DNA from: Lysobacterales bacterium
Lineage (GTDB): Bacteria > Pseudomonadota > Gammaproteobacteria > Xanthomonadales > SZUA-36
DNA: 64,000 bases
Assembly (NCBI GenBank): GCA_036351115.1
Contig: JAZBOL010000033.1
Span: forward strand, 1,404 to 65,403
Direction: 5' to 3'
Positions 7,220 through 15,711 of this stretch are shown piece by piece. The translations under genes and the position numbers were made by a program. Numbering within the stretch: position 1 is the first letter of the stretch; each line of letters opens with the position of its first letter. Under the pieces are notes generated by a model. The model had not been told where the DNA came from. It was given only the letters and a program-made list of their open reading frames with translations, and did not search any database.

Positions 7220-8239
7220 ATGACGGAGGGACTGGCCGTACTGGCGCCGGTAGGTTTACTGCCGGTCCTGTTCTACCTGGTCATGCTGGTGTTCATGGAT
7301 TCCTACAAGCTCGTGACCCTGCGCGGCGTGGTCTCGGCGATCCTGGCCGGCGCGGCCCTCACCGGGCTGGCCTATCTCCTCAACTCCCTGTTGCGCGAGG
7401 CGTTCGACCTGTCGTTCATGGAAACCTCGCGCCTGGTCGCACCCATCACGGAGGAGGTGCTCAAGGCGCTGGTGGTGATCTGGATGTTCCGGACGCATCG
7501 GATCGGATTCCTGGTCGATAGCGCCATCTTCGGATTTGCCGTCGGTGCCGGCTTCGCCGTGGCGGAGAATTTCTTTTACCTGGCCAGCGATACGGAACAG
7601 AACCTGGCCGTCTGGATCGTACGGGGCTTCGGAACGGCCATCATGCACGGCTCGGTGACAGCGATTTTCGCGATCGCGTCGCAGGCGCTGACGGAGCGCA
7701 ACGTGCGCATCAATCCGTTGCGATACCTTCCCGGACTGCTGCTCGCCATTTTCCTGCACGGGATATACAACCAGTTCCTCGTTCATCCGATCGTTTCCAC
7801 CCTGGCGCTCATGGTCGTGGTGCCGCCCCTGGTGCACACCGTGTTTCGTCTCAGCGCGGCCCGGATTCACCGGTGGCTGGAACTGGACTTCGATGCGGAT
7901 GCGCTGCTTTTGGAGCAAATCAATTCGGCGGAGTTTTCCAGCAGCCGCATTGGGCGCTTTCTCAACGATCTGCGCCAGGCCTTCGACGGGCCCGTGGTGG
8001 TGGACATGCTCTGCTATCTGCGCCTGTACACGGAACTCGCCATGCGGGCCAAGGGTATGCTCATGGCGCGAGCGGCGGGGCTGGACATCCCGGCGGGAGA
8101 AAGAACGCGGGAGAAATTTGCCGAACTCCAGTACCTGGAGAAAAGTATCGGCAAGACCGGCATCCTCGCCATGAGCCCCTTCCTGCACATGGAGCGAAAG
8201 GACCTCTGGCAACTCAAGGTGCTGGCTGCGGCGGACTGA
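7220..8239 (+). CDS. PrsW-family intramembrane metalloprotease
   Basis: Multi-pass membrane protein with the family hallmarks ITEEVLKALVV and FGFAVGAGFAVAENFFY plus a conserved IMHG segment. Confidence 0.75.
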   Translation: MTEGLAVLAPVGLLPVLFYLVMLVFMDSYKLVTLRGVVSAILAGAALTGLAYLLNSLLREAFDLSFMETSRLVAPITEEVLKALVVIWMFRTHRIGFLVDSAIFGFAVGAGFAVAENFFYLASDTEQNLAVWIVRGFGTAIMHGSVTAIFAIASQALTERNVRINPLRYLPGLLLAIFLHGIYNQFLVHPIVSTLALMVVVPPLVHTVFRLSAARIHRWLELDFDADALLLEQINSAEFSSSRIGRFLNDLRQAFDGPVVVDMLCYLRLYTELAMRAKGMLMARAAGLDIPAGERTREKFAELQYLEKSIGKTGILAMSPFLHMERKDLWQLKVLAAAD

Positions 8240-8332
8240 GGACATTGGCGTGAAACGCCGGCAACCCGGGCGCACGGGCTGACAGGAACAGCGATGGCGA
8301 CCTGGCCGGTCCGGGGACTGCAGATGGCGGGC

Positions 8333-8363
8333 AAAAAAAAGGCCGGAATCGCTTCCGGCCTTT
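8333..8363 (-). terminator. Rho-independent terminator, strong on the minus strand and weak on the plus strand
   Basis: GGCCGGAA-TCGC-TTCCGGCC (8341-8360), flanked by A8 on the plus strand (U8 on the minus strand) and TTT on the other side. Confidence 0.75.
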
Positions 8364-8726
8364 CCAGCGACCCGTCGGTCGCTCCCCTTGCAGTCTGAAA
8401 TTCGTCAGACACCCCTCATTCCTACTGATACAACCGTATTTCCAGGCGAATTCGTATCACAGGAATACAAAGTTCTCTGGAGGACTGCTTCTGCGGGGTC
8501 TCACCCGTGGCCTTTTCCCCGAGTCGATGATCTGATTTGACCCGGGTTGCCGTAAGTACAGGTAAGGGAGATGCCCGGCAGGATGTCGGGTAACGGGTCA
8601 CGATCCACCGCGTGATCCACCAAGGGACTGGATAACAAGGCCTGGGGCCGGCACTCGAAAGGGTGTCGGCCCCAGTGCTTTCTGGCCGAACGCCAATGCA
8701 GTCATCCGTCTCGTACGGAGCGGTTG

Positions 8727-11579
8727 TCAGTAGCGGGACGTGAGGGGCGGAGGGCGCCGATCCAGGCGCAGGGTCTCGACCGCCGCCCGGCTGCGCTGTA
8801 CGTCCGGGTGCGTGTCGGGATACAGACCCCGGCGGATCGACAGGGCGCGTTCGAGGTAAGTGAGCGCGTCTTCCTTGTCTCCCAGGTGCCAGCGAATCAG
8901 GCCCAGGTAGTGCAGTGCGCGCGCCGTGCTTCGGTGTTTCGGGCCGCGGATGCGTTCAAAGGTCACTTCCGCCTGGAGCATCAGGGGGTCGGCAGCCTCG
9001 AAATCCCCGAGGCTGCCCAGCGCCAGGGCCGTGTTGAAGCGACTGAAGGCCGTCAGCAGGTGACCGGACCCGAAGGCTTCGAGGCGCACGTCGAGCAGGG
9101 ACTGGTGAATGTCCAGGGCCCGCTCGTAGTCGCCGCGCTGCCAGGCCAGCCAGCCGAGCGTGTCCCAGACGGCGCGGGTCTGCCGGTCCTCGGGTCCGTG
9201 CCAGAATTCCGCCAGCTCCAGGGCACGCAGCAGGGATTGCTCGGCGGGTTCGTGATCGCCGGCGAAGCCCTGGTTGATGCCCAGGGCGACCAGGGTGGGT
9301 ACGAGGTCCGGGCTTTCCCGTCCTTCCGCGCGTTCCCGCAGCGCCACGGCCCGCTGGCCGGCGATGATGCCCTCGCTGTAGCGGCCCCAGCGGGTCAGGG
9401 CCCGGACGAGATTTTCCAGGGCCCGAATCGCATTGGGGTCATCCGGCGACTCGATGGCGGACCAGACTTCGTAGGCCTCGCGCAGGTGCACCTCCGCCTC
9501 TTCGAGCTGGCCGAGTTCCTCTTCCGCGGCGGCCAGGTTTTCGAGCGCGTTGGCCGTGCGCTGGCTGTTGCCGAGGACACGCCGGTACAGGTCCGTGGCC
9601 TGGGCGAAATACACTTCCGCGTCGGCAAACTGCCCCCGGTCCAGATTGATCAGGCCCAGGTCATACTGCGAATCGGCCAGGGCCCGGTCGTCCAGGCCGC
9701 TCATCTCCAGCTCGCGGATCTCCAGGGCCCGTTCATAGGCGTCCACCGCTTCGTCGAGCCTGGACTGGTCGCGGTAGAGCTCGCCCAGGCGGCTCCAGAG
9801 GTCTGCGGTCACCTCGAGTTTTCTTGGCTGCGCATTGCGGGCGATCTGCAGGGCCTCGAGCAGCATGGGTTCGGCCTCTTCGTAGCTCATGCGGGTGCGA
9901 TAGACGCTGGCGAGCTGGCCCATGCTCTCCGCCACGTCCGGGTGGTTGGGGCCGAGGAGTTCGCGGCGCGTTTCCAGCGCGTCGAGAAACATCCGTTCGG
10001 CCTCGTCCAGCATGTAAACGTCGCGGTAGATTCCTCCCAGCAGCTGGCGCAACCGCGCCCGGGCGATGGGATCGAGCGCATCCATGTTGTCCAGGTTGTT
10101 CGCGCCGACGGCGAGAAGTTCCTCCGTGGTCATGCGTTCCGGGGTCCCCGTGGCCTCGCCGGTCAGCTGGAACAGGCTGGTCATGAAATTGGCCAGTTCC
10201 CGGGATTCGGACAAGGCTTCCTGGGCCGCGAGGGCTTCGCGGTTGGCGCGTTCCGCTTCGAGATTGGCCCGCCGTGCTTCTCCGGACCAGGCGATGAGAC
10301 CGAGCAGCAGGGCGACCACCAGGAGCAGGCCGGCGCCCACCAGGCCAAGGTGACGCTGGACGAACAGGTTGGCGACGTAGGTAAAGTCCTGCGGGTGGGC
10401 GTTGACCGGCTTGCGGTCGAGATAGTTCAGCAGATCATCATGGAAGGCCGCGACGGTGGGATAGCGCGCTTCCCGATCCCGCGCGATGGCTTTCATGATG
10501 ATGGCGTCGAGGTCGCTGCTCAGGGTCTTCGCCAGACGCGCGGGCCGGGTGTTTCTGACGGCAGCGATGCCCTCGGCCTGGTCGGTGGCCATGGCCGTGA
10601 TCTGCTGAGCCGGATGCAGGGGCGTGTCCTCGTTGATTTTGCGCCACACCTCTTCCATGGAATCCCCGGGCTCGTCGAAGGGACGCCGGCCGCAGACCAG
10701 CTCGTACAGCACGATGCCGAGCGTGTAGACGTCCGCACGGGTATCCAGCCCAAGGTCGTCGCCCCCGGGCTCGAGGGACTCGGGGGAGGAATACCCGGGG
10801 GTGCCGGCTCGCTGGCCTTTCTGGCGCGCTTCGCCCAGGGCCTCGTCGATGCCGAGGGAGATGCCGAAGTCGATGACCTTGACCAGGGGAATGTTGTCGA
10901 TTTCCGCGACGAGGATGTTCGAGGGCTTGAGGTCGCGGTGGAGCAGCTGCCGCTGGTGGGCGTGCTGCACCGCGAGCAACACGTCCATGAAGATGTGCAG
11001 GCGCTGGTAGATGTCCAGGTTGTTGCTGTCGCAGTAGCGGGTGATCGGCTTTCCCCGGACCAGCTCCATGGCGAAGAAAAGCTTGCCGTCATCGGTCGAT
11101 CCGGCTTCGAACATCTGCGCGATGTTCGGGTGGCTCAGCCGGGCCAGGGAACGTCGCTCGGCGTCGAAGCGCGCTTCGTCGGCACTGCTGGACAGGCCGT
11201 GCCGCATGATCTTCAGGGCCACCTGCCGCTGTATCGGCTCCTTCTGGTAGGCCAGGTACACACGACCCATGCCGCCCTCGCCGAGCACTTCCTCGAGCGT
11301 GTAGTGCCCGATGGTTCGGCGGATGGGTTCTTTCGTGTCCTGTTCCCGGGCTTGCTCGAGGGCATCGAGATCCAGGTCCATGGTGGTCATGAGCGGATTG
11401 TCGAGCAGCTTTTCGCTGTCGCTTTCGCCCTCGATCAATTCGATGACCCGTCGAATGACGTCGGGATCGTCCGTGGCACCTTCGAGGTGCGCACGCCGGG
11501 CGTCCGGTTCCAGGTCGATGACCGCGTCGAGCAGCTCGGCGATGAGCTGGTCCCGACTGATTTGCGACTTGGCATCCAT
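8727..11579 (-). CDS. Ser/Thr protein kinase with a TM segment and a long TPR-repeat C-terminal region
   Basis: Hanks motifs GEGGMGRVYLA, VALKIM, HRDLKPSNILV, DFGIS and TPGYSSPE. One TM (LVGAGLLLVVALLLGLI), then repeated TPR-like units (YERALEI, LENLAAA and similar). Confidence 0.9.
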   Translation of the reverse strand: MDAKSQISRDQLIAELLDAVIDLEPDARRAHLEGATDDPDVIRRVIELIEGESDSEKLLDNPLMTTMDLDLDALEQAREQDTKEPIRRTIGHYTLEEVLGEGGMGRVYLAYQKEPIQRQVALKIMRHGLSSSADEARFDAERRSLARLSHPNIAQMFEAGSTDDGKLFFAMELVRGKPITRYCDSNNLDIYQRLHIFMDVLLAVQHAHQRQLLHRDLKPSNILVAEIDNIPLVKVIDFGISLGIDEALGEARQKGQRAGTPGYSSPESLEPGGDDLGLDTRADVYTLGIVLYELVCGRRPFDEPGDSMEEVWRKINEDTPLHPAQQITAMATDQAEGIAAVRNTRPARLAKTLSSDLDAIIMKAIARDREARYPTVAAFHDDLLNYLDRKPVNAHPQDFTYVANLFVQRHLGLVGAGLLLVVALLLGLIAWSGEARRANLEAERANREALAAQEALSESRELANFMTSLFQLTGEATGTPERMTTEELLAVGANNLDNMDALDPIARARLRQLLGGIYRDVYMLDEAERMFLDALETRRELLGPNHPDVAESMGQLASVYRTRMSYEEAEPMLLEALQIARNAQPRKLEVTADLWSRLGELYRDQSRLDEAVDAYERALEIRELEMSGLDDRALADSQYDLGLINLDRGQFADAEVYFAQATDLYRRVLGNSQRTANALENLAAAEEELGQLEEAEVHLREAYEVWSAIESPDDPNAIRALENLVRALTRWGRYSEGIIAGQRAVALRERAEGRESPDLVPTLVALGINQGFAGDHEPAEQSLLRALELAEFWHGPEDRQTRAVWDTLGWLAWQRGDYERALDIHQSLLDVRLEAFGSGHLLTAFSRFNTALALGSLGDFEAADPLMLQAEVTFERIRGPKHRSTARALHYLGLIRWHLGDKEDALTYLERALSIRRGLYPDTHPDVQRSRAAVETLRLDRRPPPLTSRY

Positions 11580-11595
11580 GCGTCGGCGCTGGGCT

Positions 11596-12171
11596 TCAGT
11601 CTTCCTGGTCGGCGGACAACCAGTCGTGGAGCAACATGCGCGCCACCCGCCAGTCCCGGGCCACGGTCGGAACGGAGATGCCGAGCACTTCCGCGACTTC
11701 CTCCTGGGACATGCCGCCGAAATAGCGCAATACCACGACCTGCTCCTGCCGGGGGTTCACCGCCTTGAGGCGGGCGAGGGCGTCGTCCAGGGCCAGGATG
11801 TCGACGTCGTCGGGACCGGCGGAAATCGCGCCTTCGACGAGGGTGACCCGGTCCGCGGGATCGAAACGTTTGTCCGCGTTCTTTTTCCGCGCATGGTCGA
11901 TCAGGAGGTGCCGCATGGCCTGGGCCGCCGCCGCGAGAAAGTGGGAACGGTTTTTGAAGGGCGTGTCCGTCGGCGCGTTCATGCGCATGAGTGCTTCGTT
12001 GACCAGGGCCGTGGGCTGCAGCGTGTGGCCGGCGCGCTGCTGGGCCATGTAGGCACCGGCGGTTCGATGCAGTTCGTGGTAGAGCAGGGGCAGCAGCGCG
12101 TCCAGCGCCTTGGCGTCGCCGGTGCTCCAGCGGTCGAGAAGCAGGGTGATTTCGCTGTCCGTGTCGGTCAT
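11596..12171 (-). CDS. ECF sigma factor of the kinase-associated type (TIGR02999-like)
   Basis: 191 aa from ATG 12171. N-terminal ITLLLDRWSTGDAKALDALLPLLYHELHR and region 4 MSQEEVAEVLGISVPTVARDWRVAR. It lies 16 nt upstream of the kinase gene. Confidence 0.85.
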   Translation of the reverse strand: MTDTDSEITLLLDRWSTGDAKALDALLPLLYHELHRTAGAYMAQQRAGHTLQPTALVNEALMRMNAPTDTPFKNRSHFLAAAAQAMRHLLIDHARKKNADKRFDPADRVTLVEGAISAGPDDVDILALDDALARLKAVNPRQEQVVVLRYFGGMSQEEVAEVLGISVPTVARDWRVARMLLHDWLSADQED

Positions 12172-12233
12172 GGGTTGCCCGTTGGCTGTACCGGCGGCGC
12201 CTGCTCCGCCGGGTTGGTCTTGTTGTGCTTCAT
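12168..12233 (-). CDS. 21-codon upstream ORF (MKHNKTNPAEQAPPVQPTGNP) coupled to the sigma gene
   Basis: A strong SD, GGGAGGGG (plus-strand 12241-12248), sits 7 nt before ATG 12233. Its TGA overlaps the sigma ATG (ATGA). The sigma gene has no SD of its own. Confidence 0.4.
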   Translation of the reverse strand: MKHNKTNPAEQAPPVQPTGNP

Positions 12234-12417
12234 CGTCATACCCCTCCCAGTCCGTGCCGGCCCGGTGGAAGGCCGACGACACGATTGTACATGGGCGGAG
12301 CGGGGCGGGAAAAAGTGCGCTGATACGAAAACCCCGCGGGTCTCGTGCGTAGGAATAAGGAGGGCAAGGATTGCCCAAGCGATAAAGCCACGATGCGTTA
12401 CACAGAGAATCCAGGGA

Positions 12418-12693
12418 ATGGATCGAAACCATAAAACGCCAGGCAGAGCTGCTCCTGCGGAACCTCGACAAGACCGCCTCCTGGCGGTCTTGCTCGAAGG
12501 TGTTCTGGACCTCGAGCTCGCCGCCGCCCGAAGCTGGCTCGAAGCCTCGAGCGCACCACCCCCGCTGGTCGAACGAACCCTGCGCCTTGTGCGCGAGGGG
12601 AGATTGCCGGACCACTTCCTCGCCAGCCCGTTCAAACCGAGCCGCTACGAGCGGCTTTTACCTGTCGCCACCCGTTCCATGTCGAAACCCTGA
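12418..12693 (+). CDS. Small ORF (91 aa) resembling the N-terminal pre-kinase segment of ECF-linked Ser/Thr kinases
   Basis: DRLLAVLLEGVLDLELAAARSWLEASSAPPPLVERTLRLVREGRLPDHFLASP parallels the kinase N-terminus DQLIAELLDAVIDLEPDARRAHLEGATDDPDVIRRVIELIEGE. The SD is weak, so coding status is uncertain. Confidence 0.35.
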   Translation: MDRNHKTPGRAAPAEPRQDRLLAVLLEGVLDLELAAARSWLEASSAPPPLVERTLRLVREGRLPDHFLASPFKPSRYERLLPVATRSMSKP

Positions 12694-12840
12694 GCCTTTC
12701 CCCTCGCCGGGGCGGTTCCGTCCCGGGCCTGAAAAGCGCCTCTGGTCCCCGCATCCTTCGCGATGGAATTTCCGAAGAGTGCCGGTCCCGATTTGCTGTT
12801 AGACTGAAAAGTCCCCTAGAACGCAGATTGGGAAAAAACC

Positions 12841-13419
12841 ATGTTCGACAAGCGCAAAGACGGAAACCAGGAAGGTCCGAAGGCCCACTTCGACGCGGGT
12901 CTTAACGATCTGTCGGCCAATACCCAGGCGCGACAGACTCAAGCCAGTGGAAGGGCGGCCGTGATCGGCCCGCGCATCAAGATCAACGGCGATGTCAGCG
13001 GTGAGGAAAACCTCGTCATCGAAGGCCGGGTCGAAGGCAGCGTGCACCTGAAGGAATATCGGGTGGACGTGGGGCCCTCGGGCATTGTCAAGGCCAACAT
13101 CGACGCCAAGGTCGTCAAGATCGACGGTACGGTGCAAGGCGATGTGGTGGCCAGTGAAATGGCCACGATTTCCCGCACCGGCAACGTGCGCGGCAACATC
13201 ACGGCCCCGCGCATGACCCTTGAAGACGGCGCCAAGTTCAAAGGCAGCATCGATATGGATCCGGGTGATGCCGCCAAAGGCGATGCGTCCAAAAAGGATT
13301 CCAAGGTCGAGCCGAAGGCCGACAGGAATCCCGCTCAGGAGGCCAAGTCCACCAGCAATGGCGCCGCTCCCGTTCCCGACAAGGGTAAGGGCGAACAAGG
13401 CCTGCCGCTGAAAAGCTGA
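12841..13419 (+). CDS. Bactofilin-family cytoskeletal protein
   Basis: Repetitive beta-helix core (IGPRIKINGDVSGEENLVIEGRVEGSV, IDGTVQGDVVA, GNVRGNITAPRM) with disordered N- and C-terminal tails. Confidence 0.85.
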   Translation: MFDKRKDGNQEGPKAHFDAGLNDLSANTQARQTQASGRAAVIGPRIKINGDVSGEENLVIEGRVEGSVHLKEYRVDVGPSGIVKANIDAKVVKIDGTVQGDVVASEMATISRTGNVRGNITAPRMTLEDGAKFKGSIDMDPGDAAKGDASKKDSKVEPKADRNPAQEAKSTSNGAAPVPDKGKGEQGLPLKS

Positions 13420-13489
13420 GGTTGATCGGCAGTTGTCCCGCAACGCCCGGCACTGACCGGGCGTTGCGCTTCCTCGGGGAGATATTTTC

Positions 13490-14143
13490 TTGATTCAGCA
13501 CGTGTCATCGGACGCCGGCGATCGGTCCGGAACGGTCCGGCCGCGGCCCGAACTCCCGCCCATGGAGCGACAGCAGAGTCTGTTGTTTCCGGCGATATTC
13601 AAGAAGCTCGACCTGGGCGGGCGCCTGCGCGTGCTCGATGTCGGGCCGGCGCACAACGAGACCATTCACTTCTTTTCCGGCGTCCGGTGCCGGCTGAATT
13701 TCGCCGACCTCTACTCCGAGCCGATCACGCTCGAGGGACCGGAGGACCGGGACCCGGCGGCCATGAGGCGGGCCTTCAGCGACGCGCTTGCCATCCCTGC
13801 AGGAGAACAGTTCGATCTTTGCCTGCTCTGGGATTATCCGAACTATCTCGACGACGACGCGTTGCAGGCCTTCGGCGCCGCCCTCGCGCCGCACCTGCAC
13901 GCGCGGTCCCGGGCTCATGGCTTCGCCGTTCGCGCCTCGGGCACGAAGATTCGTAACCAGTGGTACGGTATCGACGAGGAACACCTGTTCACCCTGCGTC
14001 CCCCCCGGGTGGAGCAGCCTCGCTTTTACCCCCACCCCCAGGCGATTCTCATCAACCTGCTCACCTGCTTCAGCATCGAGCGGGGCATGCTGCTGCCCGA
14101 CGGCCGCCTCGAGGTGTCCATGACGGCCAACCTCGGGGACTGA
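13490..14143 (+). CDS. Hypothetical protein, possibly a degenerate methyltransferase-like fold
   Basis: 217-aa ORF with a TTG start 8 nt after GGGGAG. VLDVGPAHNE and DLCLLWDYPNYL loosely recall class I methyltransferase motifs. An alternative ATG lies at 13562. Confidence 0.5.
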   Translation: MIQHVSSDAGDRSGTVRPRPELPPMERQQSLLFPAIFKKLDLGGRLRVLDVGPAHNETIHFFSGVRCRLNFADLYSEPITLEGPEDRDPAAMRRAFSDALAIPAGEQFDLCLLWDYPNYLDDDALQAFGAALAPHLHARSRAHGFAVRASGTKIRNQWYGIDEEHLFTLRPPRVEQPRFYPHPQAILINLLTCFSIERGMLLPDGRLEVSMTANLGD

Positions 14144-14189
14144 TCCCCGCGGATTCCTTGCCGCGGACCCGGCGGCAATCTGCCTGCAC

Positions 14190-14203
14190 TTGACCCCGGT
14201 CAA
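14190..14203. promoter_or_regulatory. FNR/Anr box TTGAC-CCCG-GTCAA upstream of hemN
   Basis: A perfect palindrome matching the TTGAT-N4-ATCAA consensus at 8 of 10 positions, 71 nt before the hemN ATG. The fnr gene lies just downstream of hemN. Confidence 0.65.
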
Positions 14204-14273
14204 TCGACCTGCGCGTCACAGGGCCTAGAGTGGCACCATTCCACGGCCCTCCGAGTTTCACAGGCAGCCCACC

Positions 14274-15665
14274 ATGCAGACCATCGCCCGCTTCGATGCC
14301 GACCTGATCCAGCGCTATGGATTGAACGGCCCCCGCTACACCTCCTACCCGACGGCGGTGAGTTTCCACGAGGGTTTCGACGAAGTGGCGTATCGCCAGT
14401 ACGCCGTGAAGACCAACGAGGACTTTATTCCCAAGCCCCTGTCCCTGTACGTTCACCTGCCGTTTTGCCACTCGCTTTGCTACTACTGCGGTTGCAACAA
14501 GAAGATCACGCGGCACAGCCGCCACGGTGAGGATTATCTGTACTGGCTGGATCGGGAGATTGCCCTCCAGGGACCGCTGTTCGACCGGGATCGCGAGGTC
14601 ATGCAGCTGCACTTCGGCGGCGGAACGCCGACGTTCTTCGACGACGACCAGCTGGAGCGGCTCATGGGATGGCTGGGCCGGGATTTCCGGCTGTCGGAAT
14701 CCGAGGAACGGGAATTTTCCATCGAGATCGACCCGCGCACCGTCGATCCGGCGCGCCTGGAACGGCTGGCCGGCCTGGGGCTCAACCGGCTGAGTCTCGG
14801 GGTGCAGGATCTCGATCCCGAGGTCCAGGCCGCGGTCAATCGCATCCAGGGCGCGGAAGAAACCCTCGCGCTCATCGATGCATCGCGGCGGGCCGGCTTC
14901 GGCTCCGTGTCCATTGACCTGATCTATGGCCTGCCGAAACAGACCCTGGAGAGTTTCTCGCGGACCCTGGACACGATCATCGAGGCGGCGCCCGATCGCC
15001 TGTCGGTCTACAACTACGCGCATCTGCCGGATCTGTTCCGGTCCCAGCGGCTCATTCGCGAGGAGGACCTGCCCGAGCCGGCGGTCCGGCTCGAATTGCT
15101 CCAGTGCACCATCGAGCGCCTGGGCGCCGCAGGCTACGTCTATATCGGCATGGATCATTTTGCACTTCCGGACAACGAACTGGTGGCGGCGCGGGACACG
15201 GGCCAGCTGCAACGAAACTTCCAGGGGTATTCGACCTTTGCCGATTGTGACCTCGTGGGCCTCGGCGTCAGCGCCATCGGCAAGGTGGGCGACACCTATT
15301 CCCAGAATCGCAAGGACATCCGGTCCTGGCGCCGATCCCTCCAGGACGGCGCCCTGCCGGTCTGGCGCGGGGTTCAGCTGACCTGGGAGGATCGCCTGCG
15401 GCGGCGCGTGATCGAGCAGATCATGTGCCACGGCGCGCTCGACTTCGAATCGATCGGCGAGGCCTTCGATATCGAGTTCAGCGAACACTTCGCCCCGGAG
15501 CTCGAGGCCCTTGACCTGCTGCATCGGGACGGATTGATCGTGCTGGATGACGACGGCTTCCAGGTCACCCCGGGAGGCATGTTGCTGGTGCGCGCCATTG
15601 CCATGGTCTTCGACGAGGCCCTGCAGGCTGCCCGGGCCACGCCGAAGTTTTCGAAGGTCATTTAA
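14274..15665 (+). CDS. hemN: Oxygen-independent coproporphyrinogen III oxidase (radical SAM)
   Basis: CxxxCxxC in HLPFCHSLCYYCGC, GGGTPT, and the C-terminal HemN domain. 463 aa. Confidence 0.95.
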   Translation: MQTIARFDADLIQRYGLNGPRYTSYPTAVSFHEGFDEVAYRQYAVKTNEDFIPKPLSLYVHLPFCHSLCYYCGCNKKITRHSRHGEDYLYWLDREIALQGPLFDRDREVMQLHFGGGTPTFFDDDQLERLMGWLGRDFRLSESEEREFSIEIDPRTVDPARLERLAGLGLNRLSLGVQDLDPEVQAAVNRIQGAEETLALIDASRRAGFGSVSIDLIYGLPKQTLESFSRTLDTIIEAAPDRLSVYNYAHLPDLFRSQRLIREEDLPEPAVRLELLQCTIERLGAAGYVYIGMDHFALPDNELVAARDTGQLQRNFQGYSTFADCDLVGLGVSAIGKVGDTYSQNRKDIRSWRRSLQDGALPVWRGVQLTWEDRLRRRVIEQIMCHGALDFESIGEAFDIEFSEHFAPELEALDLLHRDGLIVLDDDGFQVTPGGMLLVRAIAMVFDEALQAARATPKFSKVI

Positions 15666-15711
15666 TCCGCCGTAGGCCGACCTGCTCCCTGCGAGCGCGT
15701 GACCGACGAAT

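Noticed and set aside
8545-8570. CGTAAGTACAGGTAAG, reminiscent of a GacA box (TGTAAG-N6-CTTACA)
   Set aside because: The two TAAG half-sites are direct rather than inverted repeats, so it is not a palindromic response-regulator site. It was kept only as context for the 3'-region finding.
8724-11768. 1014-aa ORF on the plus strand
   Set aside because: It is the mirror frame of the Ser/Thr kinase and ECF sigma genes. The translation is low-complexity (G/A/R/V-rich) with no motifs, while the opposite strand carries complete Hanks kinase and sigma motifs. This is a typical antisense ORF of GC-rich coding DNA.
14231-14247. TGGCAC-CATTC-CACGG, resembling the -24 element of a sigma54 promoter upstream of hemN
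   Set aside because: It lacks the -12 TTGC element at the correct spacing. hemN has a clean FNR box instead. No other TGGCAC in the window has a -12 partner.
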